A stretch of 64,000 bases of DNA from a virus. The notes beneath the pieces are model-generated. The model saw only the letters and a list, made by a program, of their open reading frames with translations. It had not been told where the DNA came from and did not search any database. This document shows, piece by piece, positions 25,562 through 34,035 of this stretch. Position 1 is the stretch's first letter. Each line of letters begins with the position of its first letter. The DNA lies in IMG/VR virus record IMGVR_UViG_3300028844_004984, one strand, 5' to 3'. A program made the position numbers and the translations under genes.

Positions 25562-25903
25562 ATGTTTTTACAATTTAACAAAGCTATGTTTGACATGTTT
25601 GATGTACCATATGAAAATATCAAAACCACACAACGAAGTACTATGAAAATCGATGGAGATGATTTCACTATGAAATTTGATGTTCCTGGATTCTCTAAAA
25701 AGGATTTCAATATCACTGTAGAGGATTCTGTACTAACCATTGAAGGTTCGACTGAGGATAGGGAGTTCTTTAAGAGCTATCGCATTCAGGAGGATTGGGA
25801 TGTTGCTAGAGCCGAAGCAACCGTTAAGAATGGTGTTTTGAATATCACCTTCCCAAAGAAGGAGGAGAAGAAAGCCAAAACCATTGAGGTTACAATTAAG
25901 TGA
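25562..25903 (+). CDS. Small heat-shock protein (Hsp20/alpha-crystallin)
   Basis: DVPGF.K.D..I.V...L.I; A...NGVL.I..PK. Confidence 0.9.
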   Translation: MFLQFNKAMFDMFDVPYENIKTTQRSTMKIDGDDFTMKFDVPGFSKKDFNITVEDSVLTIEGSTEDREFFKSYRIQEDWDVARAEATVKNGVLNITFPKKEEKKAKTIEVTIK

Positions 25904-26091
25904 TTGTATGTAAGGAGTTTCTAAACGTATCGGATAAGTTATGGGTGATACAACGCAAAATTAGAATAGACCAGAATCCGATTGTAAGTAGCTGGCGCAG
26001 CCATTTACGTTCAGATAAGGTTTTTAAGAAAGAGCCATTTTATTATTTTTGCGAAGAAGTTTTGGATGTTGAACCGATAGAAGAAACTTAA
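25900..26091 (+). CDS. Hypothetical protein
   Basis: GTG start overlapping the previous stop. Confidence 0.55.
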   Translation: MIVCKEFLNVSDKLWVIQRKIRIDQNPIVSSWRSHLRSDKVFKKEPFYYFCEEVLDVEPIEET

Positions 26092-26150
26092 CAATTATTT
26101 AACAAAGGGGACTTGTATTAGTCCCCTTTTTTTTGTACTTTTACATAGTA
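26088..26150 (+). promoter_or_regulatory. Repeated cassette with overlapping terminator hairpin
   Basis: TTAACA-N5-TTAACA-AAGGGGACT-TGTATT-AGTCCCCTT-T tract; near-identical to the 18520 copy. Confidence 0.8.
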
Positions 26151-26166
26151 AAACAAAACAACAGAT

Positions 26167-27069
26167 ATGGGACACTTAGGATATGCGTGTATCAATATGA
26201 CGCTAGGTAAAAAAGGTATTACTACCAATCGTAGTATGATTAAACGAACCTTCTTACAAAAAGGTATTCCCTATGCTTCTGAACTCAGTATTCAGAACGT
26301 AAGGGATTTGATTGAGATTATCAAATGGAATGAGCAGAACGATGTTAAGTTCTTTCGTATGAGTTCCAATGTATTTCCGTGGAGTTCGGAGTATCCACTA
26401 TCATCACTACCACATTATGACCGTATCAAAAACTTATTGGCTGGTGCTGGTAATTTGGTGGATAAGTATGGTCATCGTATCACATCCCATCCTGGCCCAT
26501 TCAATGTGCTAGTATCACCCAATGAGAACGTAGTTAAGAACACTATTACAGACCTTTCGATACATGGTGAGGTCTTTGATATGATGGGTCTATCTCGTAC
26601 TCCCTACAACAAGCTGAACATTCATTGTAATGGTGTGTATGGTGATAAGATATCTGCTATGGATAGATTCTGTAAGAACTTTGAGAGGTTGCCTGAATCA
26701 GTTCAGACTCGTTTGACTGTAGAGAATGATGATAAAGCATCTATGTACTCAGTAAAAGATTTGATGTACATTCACGAACGAATTGGTATTCCTATTGTGT
26801 TTGACTACCATCACCACAAATTTTGTACGGGTGGCTTGACTGAAGAAGAAGCTCTCAAACTTGCTGCTAGTACTTGGGGTGATATCAAACCAGTTGTTCA
26901 TTACTCTGAGAGTAAAGCATTACATGAGAACAATGAATCTATTAAACCACAAGCACATTCAGATTACATCTCTGAAACAATTAATACATATGGTTTAGAT
27001 GTTGATATAATGATAGAAGCTAAAGCTAAAGAACTGACCCTTTTGGAGTATCGAAAGGTCAGCGCATAA
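26167..27069 (+). CDS. uvsE: UV damage endonuclease (UvsE/UVDE)
   Basis: LGYACIN; FRMSS; HPGPF; ENDDK; FDYHHH; HYSES; AHSDY; MIEAKAKE. Confidence 0.95.
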   Translation: MGHLGYACINMTLGKKGITTNRSMIKRTFLQKGIPYASELSIQNVRDLIEIIKWNEQNDVKFFRMSSNVFPWSSEYPLSSLPHYDRIKNLLAGAGNLVDKYGHRITSHPGPFNVLVSPNENVVKNTITDLSIHGEVFDMMGLSRTPYNKLNIHCNGVYGDKISAMDRFCKNFERLPESVQTRLTVENDDKASMYSVKDLMYIHERIGIPIVFDYHHHKFCTGGLTEEEALKLAASTWGDIKPVVHYSESKALHENNESIKPQAHSDYISETINTYGLDVDIMIEAKAKELTLLEYRKVSA

Positions 27070-27204
27070 TTGTGGGGTTAGGCTTGTTTTAGAATTAATT
27101 CTAAATATTTCAATATTTATATTAGGAGTATGGGGTTGTTTACAACCTCATTCTTTTTAAATGATTTTAAATAAATACAGTTCAAGAAACTTATAAAACG
27201 TGAT

Positions 27205-28245
27205 ATGAAGAAATTTTTTTCAAAAAAGTTTGGATTTGGTGTATTGATGATAATCTCAACGTTATCATTAGCATCAACCGCCGCATACTACTCTGTATTT
27301 GGTTTGAGTTCGTTGTTCGCTGGTGCCCGTACTGAGGTGATTATTATGGCAACAGCGCTTGAGGTATCAAAGTTGATTGTAGCATCATACCTACACAACA
27401 ATTGGAAGAAGATTGGTGTGTTGCTAAGAACATACCTAACTATTGGTGTGGGTGTATTGATGTTAATCACATCAGCTGGAATCTATGGATTTCTAACTTC
27501 GGCATATCAGACAACAGCAGACCAGTTAACAATTGTAGAGAAGCAAACGAATGTGATTCAACTAAAGAGAGATAGGTTCTCAGAATCATTAGATGGATAT
27601 TCAATAGAACGAACACAGCTCAACGAATCAATCACAGAACTAACAAAAGGATTATCTAATAATACCATTCAGTACAAAGATAGAGAGACTGGTGAAATCA
27701 TCACCACTACCTCATCATCTACACGTAGAGTGTTGAGTGCACAATTAGATGATATGAAGCTTCAACGAAATGATGTATCTATGAAGATGGAAGCACTTAC
27801 AGATTCGATTACAAAATTGGATTTACAGATTTTAGATTTAGAATCCAACAACGAAGTTGCTGCTGAGATTGGACCACTTAGATATATGTCTGAGATTACA
27901 AATAAACCAATGGGTGTTATTGTAAACTGGTTTACCCTACTCATTGTATTTGTGTTCGACCCAATGGCTATAGCTATGGTTATTGCGGTAAACAAATTTA
28001 TTGCTATAGATGAAGATGAAACACCACCCAATCGGAGTAAAAGATTAAGTGACTGGGAATCTCAGATTAAAAAGAACGAAGAGATTCTTGCCACAAAGAA
28101 AACAGCATCAGAAGATAATATAACTAAAGAAGAGTTCATGCAGAAACTAAATGATGTGGAAAAAACAATCAAGCAAAAAGAGAGTAAGAAAACGAAGATG
28201 TATGGTTCAGTATCTAAACCATATTCGGATGTTGTAAAAAGTTGA
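27205..28245 (+). CDS. Multi-pass membrane protein with a long coiled coil
   Basis: Three N-terminal TMs, a coiled coil, and a C-terminal TM (VFDP). Confidence 0.75.
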   Translation: MKKFFSKKFGFGVLMIISTLSLASTAAYYSVFGLSSLFAGARTEVIIMATALEVSKLIVASYLHNNWKKIGVLLRTYLTIGVGVLMLITSAGIYGFLTSAYQTTADQLTIVEKQTNVIQLKRDRFSESLDGYSIERTQLNESITELTKGLSNNTIQYKDRETGEIITTTSSSTRRVLSAQLDDMKLQRNDVSMKMEALTDSITKLDLQILDLESNNEVAAEIGPLRYMSEITNKPMGVIVNWFTLLIVFVFDPMAIAMVIAVNKFIAIDEDETPPNRSKRLSDWESQIKKNEEILATKKTASEDNITKEEFMQKLNDVEKTIKQKESKKTKMYGSVSKPYSDVVKS

Positions 28246-28324
28246 GCTACAATTTGGTTAATTGAATATTATTTCGTATATTTGATTAATCAATAAGTAT
28301 AAAACAAGTTATAAATAGAAGTAT

Positions 28325-28966
28325 ATGAGTGATTTATATAATGAGGGAACTACTACAACGGATAATTCAACAAAACCATTGTATGTAGATGAAGCTACGA
28401 AAGATAATGAGAAGTGGTTTCAGGAGTTCAGAGAGTTTGATTATGGTATCGATATTAACAATAATGTTATACTCATACAGGACGAGGTAGCTATGGGGTT
28501 GTTGTTCGATGTAGTATCGAAGGTAAGGCTACTTAGAAAGATTAATTCAGAATTAAAAGCAATTACACTACTCTTAAATTCACCTGGTGGTGATGTTGTA
28601 GAAACGCTAGGGTTAATCGACTATATGAGAACCCTAAAAGAAAACGATGGTATTGTAACTAATATTGTATGTAGGGGTTCGGCAATGTCGGCAGCAGCTC
28701 TATTGTTAGCAGCTGGAACTGGTCTTAGGGCAGCATCTAAACACTCTAAGATTATGGTACATCAACTTTCATCATTTAGTGCCGGCAAACTATCTGATAT
28801 AAAATCAAACGCAAAGTTTGCCGAACAGCTCGAAGATGATTGTAATTCAATTATGGAAGAGTGTACAAAAAAAGATAAGAAGTGGTGGGAAGAGAATCAG
28901 CAAAACGATTACTTCCTGTCAGCACAAGATGCATTAGAATTAGGTATAATAGATAAAATAGTTTAA
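28325..28966 (+). CDS. clpP: ClpP-like serine protease
   Basis: NSPGG; AMSAA (Ser); IMVHQ (His); D.FLSA.DA...GIID. Confidence 0.88.
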   Translation: MSDLYNEGTTTTDNSTKPLYVDEATKDNEKWFQEFREFDYGIDINNNVILIQDEVAMGLLFDVVSKVRLLRKINSELKAITLLLNSPGGDVVETLGLIDYMRTLKENDGIVTNIVCRGSAMSAAALLLAAGTGLRAASKHSKIMVHQLSSFSAGKLSDIKSNAKFAEQLEDDCNSIMEECTKKDKKWWEENQQNDYFLSAQDALELGIIDKIV

Positions 28967-28969
28967 GTT

Positions 28970-29266
28970 ATGGAATACAATTACAAACCGTTAGGCGATA
29001 GAGTAGTAGTAGAAATCGTTAAAAGACACGATGAGAAAACAAAAGGTGGTTTATACAAACCATCAGGTTCAGATACCACAATGATGGGTACAGTAGTTTC
29101 CGTTGGAAGCGGGTTATTTACACATTCTGGTGCTAAAATCCCTATGATGACAAAAGTAGGAGATACAGTTCTATTAGAAGGAACTGGATTCAAACATAAG
29201 AATGGTGGTAAAACTTATCACATTTATAGAGAGAGTGAGTTCTTATCTATATTAGATGAAGTATAA
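28970..29266 (+). CDS. groES: Co-chaperonin GroES
   Basis: KPLGDRVVV; TKGGL; G.VV.VG.G; KVGD.V; RESE.L. Confidence 0.92.
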   Translation: MEYNYKPLGDRVVVEIVKRHDEKTKGGLYKPSGSDTTMMGTVVSVGSGLFTHSGAKIPMMTKVGDTVLLEGTGFKHKNGGKTYHIYRESEFLSILDEV

Positions 29267-29348
29267 GTATCTGATAATCAATCAGTTACACTATCACTAT
29301 CATCACAACACATTGATACTCAATTACTTAACAAATAAAAAATAAACG

Positions 29349-30122
29349 ATGGTACATATTTTAGATGAAAATCAAATTAAAGAGAATTACGATAAGTTTC
29401 GTAAACTAATCAATCAAACATTTACAGGTGAGAGGTTAGAAGCTCTTAACAAGATGTACGACCATCTTGAAGATAGAATCATCCTTACTCCTGCCTCATC
29501 AACCGAACACTTCCACAACGCATTTGCTGGTGGATATATTGACCACGTATTGAGAGTTACTCTAAACGCAGTTAAGGTATTCGATTTGCATACTGAGTTA
29601 GGAATCGGTGATGGTGGGTACGATAAGGAAACCATAATCTTTACAGCCCTCCACCACGACTTAGGTAAAGTTGGTAACGCTGATGAGAGTTGGTACATCC
29701 CAAATGACTCGCAATGGCATGTTGAAAATCAAGGAAAGATTTACAAAACAAATCCGTCAATGCATTGGATGAATCTAAACGATAGAACGTTTTGGATGCT
29801 GAACCACTTTGGAGTTAAAATCTCAGAAGTTGAGTACTTAGGTATTAAATTAACCGATGGGTTGTATGATGATAGCAATAAAGAATACTATATTGCATAC
29901 AATAAAGATAACGCATTAAAGACTGGGTTACCATTTGTAATGCACCAAGCTGATATTATGGCTGCTAGATTCGAAAACGAACGCTGGATGAAGATGAAGC
30001 AGGGTGAGGTTACAACAAAGAATGTAGGTGGACGGCCAACTAAGAAAGCAAAATTAGAAAACGTAAAGATGCCAGAAAAGATTGATTTTAAATCTATCTT
30101 TGGTGAAGTGGAGGAAGCATAA
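29349..30122 (+). CDS. HD-domain phosphohydrolase (YhaM-like)
   Basis: HNAFAGG..DH; HHDLGK; HQAD. Confidence 0.85.
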   Translation: MVHILDENQIKENYDKFRKLINQTFTGERLEALNKMYDHLEDRIILTPASSTEHFHNAFAGGYIDHVLRVTLNAVKVFDLHTELGIGDGGYDKETIIFTALHHDLGKVGNADESWYIPNDSQWHVENQGKIYKTNPSMHWMNLNDRTFWMLNHFGVKISEVEYLGIKLTDGLYDDSNKEYYIAYNKDNALKTGLPFVMHQADIMAARFENERWMKMKQGEVTTKNVGGRPTKKAKLENVKMPEKIDFKSIFGEVEEA

Positions 30123-30418
30123 TGATAGTAGCATTAATCTTAACATCAATTGTATTAATAGCACAATTTTATGTTATTTGGAACCTTATGCGTAAGGTAG
30201 AGAAATTAGAAGATGGAATAGATGAATCAGATACTACGCTGGTTTCTATGTTTTCTAAGTTAAAAAAAGCATATAGTAGAATGCAAGATGTTGATAGATT
30301 AGGCTCTTTTGAGGCTGATGATGAAAGTGGTTTTATTTTTGATGAAATAAAAACCATCCTAAGTGAATTAAATGATGAATATGATTTAGATGGCGAAGCG
30401 AAGGCGGAAGAGAAGTAA
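30122..30418 (+). CDS. Membrane-anchored hypothetical protein
   Basis: N-terminal TM; FE.DDE.G motif. Confidence 0.7.
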   Translation: MIVALILTSIVLIAQFYVIWNLMRKVEKLEDGIDESDTTLVSMFSKLKKAYSRMQDVDRLGSFEADDESGFIFDEIKTILSELNDEYDLDGEAKAEEK

Positions 30419-31112
30419 AAGATACTTTACAAAAATAACAGAAATTGCAATTAACGCGTATAATGGGTGTGAGGACCAGCAGTTAAAGAATAAAATCTAT
30501 AACAGGTTCATTCACTACCCATTTGATAAACTCGCAGAGAACGTAATTCATACTTACAAAACTTATTATTTCAATGTACCATATGAAGATGTAAAGGCAA
30601 ACGTTGTTGCATTTTTAAATGAGAAAATTCATAAGTTCAATGGAGATAATGGTAGGGCGTTTTCTTATTTTACTGTAGTAGCAAGAAACTATTTGTTCAA
30701 TGAGAACAATGCAAACTATGCTAGGATGAAAGCGAGAGAAGAAGTTTCTGCCATTGATACATCTCGAAATATTGTTAATGAGGTAGTAGACCAGAACAAT
30801 AAAGAATCTAAATCAGATTTTATAGACCATTATACACAATACATTGACTATCACCTGTATGAGATTTTTTTAAAAGATAGAGATAGGGCCATTGCAGATT
30901 CTATAAATGAACTATTTAAAAATCGAAATGATTTGTATTCGTATAATAAGAAAGCACTCTACATACTTATTAGAGAACGAACTGGTGTACACACTCAATA
31001 CATAACAAAGGTAGTTGGTAAGCTAAAGATAATTTATGTAGAGTTGTACTCAGAGTACAATAAGAAAGGTCATTTAGACCTTAAATACAAACTAAAAGGT
31101 AGTGATGGATAA
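30390..31112 (+). CDS. Phage sigma-factor-like protein (T4 gp55-like; likely late transcription)
   Basis: Sigma region-2-like KF...AFSYFT.VA.NY, comparable to the gp55 FAYFT motif; sits at the head of the structural genes. Confidence 0.65.
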   Translation: MAKRRRKRSKRYFTKITEIAINAYNGCEDQQLKNKIYNRFIHYPFDKLAENVIHTYKTYYFNVPYEDVKANVVAFLNEKIHKFNGDNGRAFSYFTVVARNYLFNENNANYARMKAREEVSAIDTSRNIVNEVVDQNNKESKSDFIDHYTQYIDYHLYEIFLKDRDRAIADSINELFKNRNDLYSYNKKALYILIRERTGVHTQYITKVVGKLKIIYVELYSEYNKKGHLDLKYKLKGSDG

Positions 31113-31470
31113 AGATACTGAATTATTTAAAGGTAAAACCTTCTCTGATATAATGTCAGATGTATACAGTAACTCTAAGAAAAAAGATAGGCAGTTAAAG
31201 CTACTTATTGCTCAATTAGAACCATTGGTAAAGAATCTGCAAGATGCTACTGTGATTGTTCCGTTGATAAAAGAGTATATGGAAGTATCCATTAGAAACG
31301 ATGAGCAGATTGTAAAACTTGCGGCTATTGTTCAACGTATGATGAAAGAAGCTAATTCAGGTGAAGGTGGTGGTTTGGGATTAACGGATGAGGAAAAGAA
31401 AGAGTTAATCAAAAACGCAGAAGCCATTGATAATACAATTGATTCCTTAAAAGAAGATGGGGATGTGTAA
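31105..31470 (+). CDS. Conserved hypothetical protein
   Basis: ORF. Confidence 0.75.
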   Translation: MDKDTELFKGKTFSDIMSDVYSNSKKKDRQLKLLIAQLEPLVKNLQDATVIVPLIKEYMEVSIRNDEQIVKLAAIVQRMMKEANSGEGGGLGLTDEEKKELIKNAEAIDNTIDSLKEDGDV

Positions 31471-32462
31471 TGGCAGTAATAACTGGCACAGTTAAAAGGA
31501 TAGAATTATCGGATTCGAATCCAAACGATGTATACGCTATACAGGTCTACATACCTGGAAATGTAAACAATCAGATAAAGGCATATCCATACGATTTATC
31601 TATACAGAAAATACCACTTATTGGTGAAACTGTAGTTCTAATTCAAGGTTCAAGTACGACCTCAAACCCATCACAACGTCGTCAAAGTACAACGTATTAC
31701 TACCTTAACCCAATATCACTACAAAAGAATGTACATTCAAACGCACTTCCCGGTAGTAATGCACTAATAAGTAGTACTAAAACAGCAGCTAAATTTGTAG
31801 CAACTTCTACTGGTGTGCCGGGTATCGGAGGTAGCACTGATTCTGAGCTTGGTGATGGTTTCGTAGAAAGAACAGATGTAGCATCACTTCAACCATTTAT
31901 TGGAGATGTACTACTTCAAGGTAGATTCGGGCACTCTATGAGGTTTGGATTTACACCAAAACCTAAAAAAACATCTGAGACTCCGTCTTGGACGGCCTCA
32001 AAGCCAGAGGACCCAATTACTATTATTGCTAATGGAAGAAAGAGTGGTGGTGGGTATAACAAATTTATTATTGAAGATATCAATGATGATTTATCATCGA
32101 TGTGGTTTACATCAACACAGAAGGTGGAGCTGAAACCAGCTCAGAAAAAATTGGGTGATGGTGTCAAACAACAATCACAATTTGCAGACCCAACTATAGT
32201 AATGAACTCAGATAGGTTATTCTTTAACGCAAAGAGTGAGAGAGTAATCATAGCCGGTAAGCAGGATATTGTAAATGCAACTCCAACTTGGCAAATGGAG
32301 ATGGATAAGTTCTTTACACTTATGGAGGATTTGGTTAGTGAGTTGGTAGATTTAACTTCAGCAAAAGCTACATACACCACTGGTGTTGGTCCAACTGGAC
32401 CTGCTACAAATGCAGCTAAAGTTAAAAAGATTTTTGATGAACTAAAAAAGATGAAACAATAA
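31470..32462 (+). CDS. Putative baseplate hub/spike protein (gp5/GpV-like)
   Basis: P.IGE.V OB-like motif; GD...GRFG.S.RF; position upstream of gp25 and gp6. Confidence 0.55.
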   Translation: MAVITGTVKRIELSDSNPNDVYAIQVYIPGNVNNQIKAYPYDLSIQKIPLIGETVVLIQGSSTTSNPSQRRQSTTYYYLNPISLQKNVHSNALPGSNALISSTKTAAKFVATSTGVPGIGGSTDSELGDGFVERTDVASLQPFIGDVLLQGRFGHSMRFGFTPKPKKTSETPSWTASKPEDPITIIANGRKSGGGYNKFIIEDINDDLSSMWFTSTQKVELKPAQKKLGDGVKQQSQFADPTIVMNSDRLFFNAKSERVIIAGKQDIVNATPTWQMEMDKFFTLMEDLVSELVDLTSAKATYTTGVGPTGPATNAAKVKKIFDELKKMKQ

Positions 32463-32463
32463 T

Positions 32464-33072
32464 ATGCCCGCACTATGGCCTGCATTTATACCAACTGTTG
32501 GTGGGTATTTAAACAACCCATCTAAAGGTAAAACGGAAGAGGAGACTGCTGAAAAGATTGCATCCGAATATCACAAAGCAGTTAAGACGGCACAAACAAC
32601 ACTCCATGCCAACCTACCATTGGTTCAAGTACCATATGCTGGAATTAAGATGGGTATACTAAAAACCCTAAACGATATAAAGGATTCTGAAGGGAAACCA
32701 CAACTACGACATTTCACAGACTGGGCAAACGCAACATCACAATATTGGTTGGCAACTACGATGTCACCTGTACCATTTCATCCAGTAAATATGGCATCAT
32801 CGACTGGTACTGCTGGAGTGCCGGTTCCAATAACACACATAATAAACAATGGGGGTGTTGTACCAGCACTTAAAGTTGACTTACTTAAAGCATTTCAGCA
32901 TGAACCATCGAGAACTCCATATGGGATACCATTTGCTCAAAAATTGGTAACGGCATTTTCAAATCATCTTAAAACTGTCGGTGGGTTACAAACGGAATTT
33001 GTTACGAGTGGTACTCCAGTAACGCCAGTCCCACTTGGACCAATACCACAACCTTGGATTGGCATGGTGTAA
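32464..33072 (+). CDS. Hypothetical virion protein
   Basis: ORF in the structural operon. Confidence 0.65.
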   Translation: MPALWPAFIPTVGGYLNNPSKGKTEEETAEKIASEYHKAVKTAQTTLHANLPLVQVPYAGIKMGILKTLNDIKDSEGKPQLRHFTDWANATSQYWLATTMSPVPFHPVNMASSTGTAGVPVPITHIINNGGVVPALKVDLLKAFQHEPSRTPYGIPFAQKLVTAFSNHLKTVGGLQTEFVTSGTPVTPVPLGPIPQPWIGMV

Positions 33073-33110
33073 AACAAAACAATTTGATATTTATAATAAA
33101 AGCAGAAACT

Positions 33111-33584
33111 ATGAAGGCAAAAGATTTAGCACAACTATTAGAAGTAATTATCCGTAAGGTAGTTCGTGAAGAACTCAAACCAATATTATCTGAAGTTAAA
33201 CGGACTTCTAAGCCAATTGTAAAAGAAACCAAGTCTAAACCTAAAAAGGTTAAAGACCCATTAGATATAAACATATCCGATATCTTAAAAGAAGAACGCA
33301 CAACTACACCACCTAAAGCAAAAACATTTGTTAAGAATTCGATGTTAAACGATATGTTAAACGAAACAATGAACGATGGTGAGTGGAGAAATATAGATGC
33401 TCAGTTTGATTCGAATCAGGCACAAGCATGGAGTGGTAGAGAAACTACATCAGTACTACCAACAGAAGATATCGATGGTAGACCTATTGATACATCTAAT
33501 CCTGAAGTATCCAATGTGATGGGTGCTATAACAAAAGATTATTCTCAATTGATGAAAGCAATTGATAAGAAAAAGGGTAGATAA
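33111..33584 (+). CDS. Hypothetical protein
   Basis: ATG after ATATTTAT; RDYS.LMKA-like C-terminus. Confidence 0.7.
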   Translation: MKAKDLAQLLEVIIRKVVREELKPILSEVKRTSKPIVKETKSKPKKVKDPLDINISDILKEERTTTPPKAKTFVKNSMLNDMLNETMNDGEWRNIDAQFDSNQAQAWSGRETTSVLPTEDIDGRPIDTSNPEVSNVMGAITKDYSQLMKAIDKKKGR

Positions 33585-33587
33585 CAA

Positions 33588-34025
33588 ATGGCTAAACAAC
33601 GGAAAGAATATTTTTACAATCCGATAGATTTTAAACCAGATGTGGCGGTTGGTATCAAACTCCCATTTGGTAAAAAGAATGGATTATTCGCTCAGAGTTA
33701 TACTACTGAAGAGCAGGCAGTATCCAATCTAAAAAATTTATTGTTAACCAAAAAGGGTGAACGACCGTTTCAACCCGAGTTTGGTTCTGATGTATATACT
33801 CTGTTGTTTGAAAACATAAATGCAGATGTCGAAACCAAACTCACAGATACACTCAGAGAGGATATCAATTTTTGGTTACCATATATAATTATTGATGATA
33901 TAGTAGTTGAAGCAAACTTTGATAGTAATCGAGTTAGAATTCAGTTGAGTTTTAAAGTTACTGAGCAAGGAGCGAATCGACAGATAATACTATATGTAGA
34001 TTCAGCGGGAACTGAAATAGAATAA
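33588..34025 (+). CDS. Baseplate wedge subunit (T4 gp25-like)
   Basis: NL.NLLLT.KGERPF.P.FG. Confidence 0.88.
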   Translation: MAKQRKEYFYNPIDFKPDVAVGIKLPFGKKNGLFAQSYTTEEQAVSNLKNLLLTKKGERPFQPEFGSDVYTLLFENINADVETKLTDTLREDINFWLPYIIIDDIVVEANFDSNRVRIQLSFKVTEQGANRQIILYVDSAGTEIE

Positions 34026-34035
34026 GGTTTGAATT

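Noticed and set aside
2759-26150. Recurrent ~75-bp repeats as a CRISPR array or integron attC sites
   Set aside because: Copies are degenerate, separated by whole genes of variable length, non-palindromic and promoter-shaped. No cas or integrase gene is in the window.
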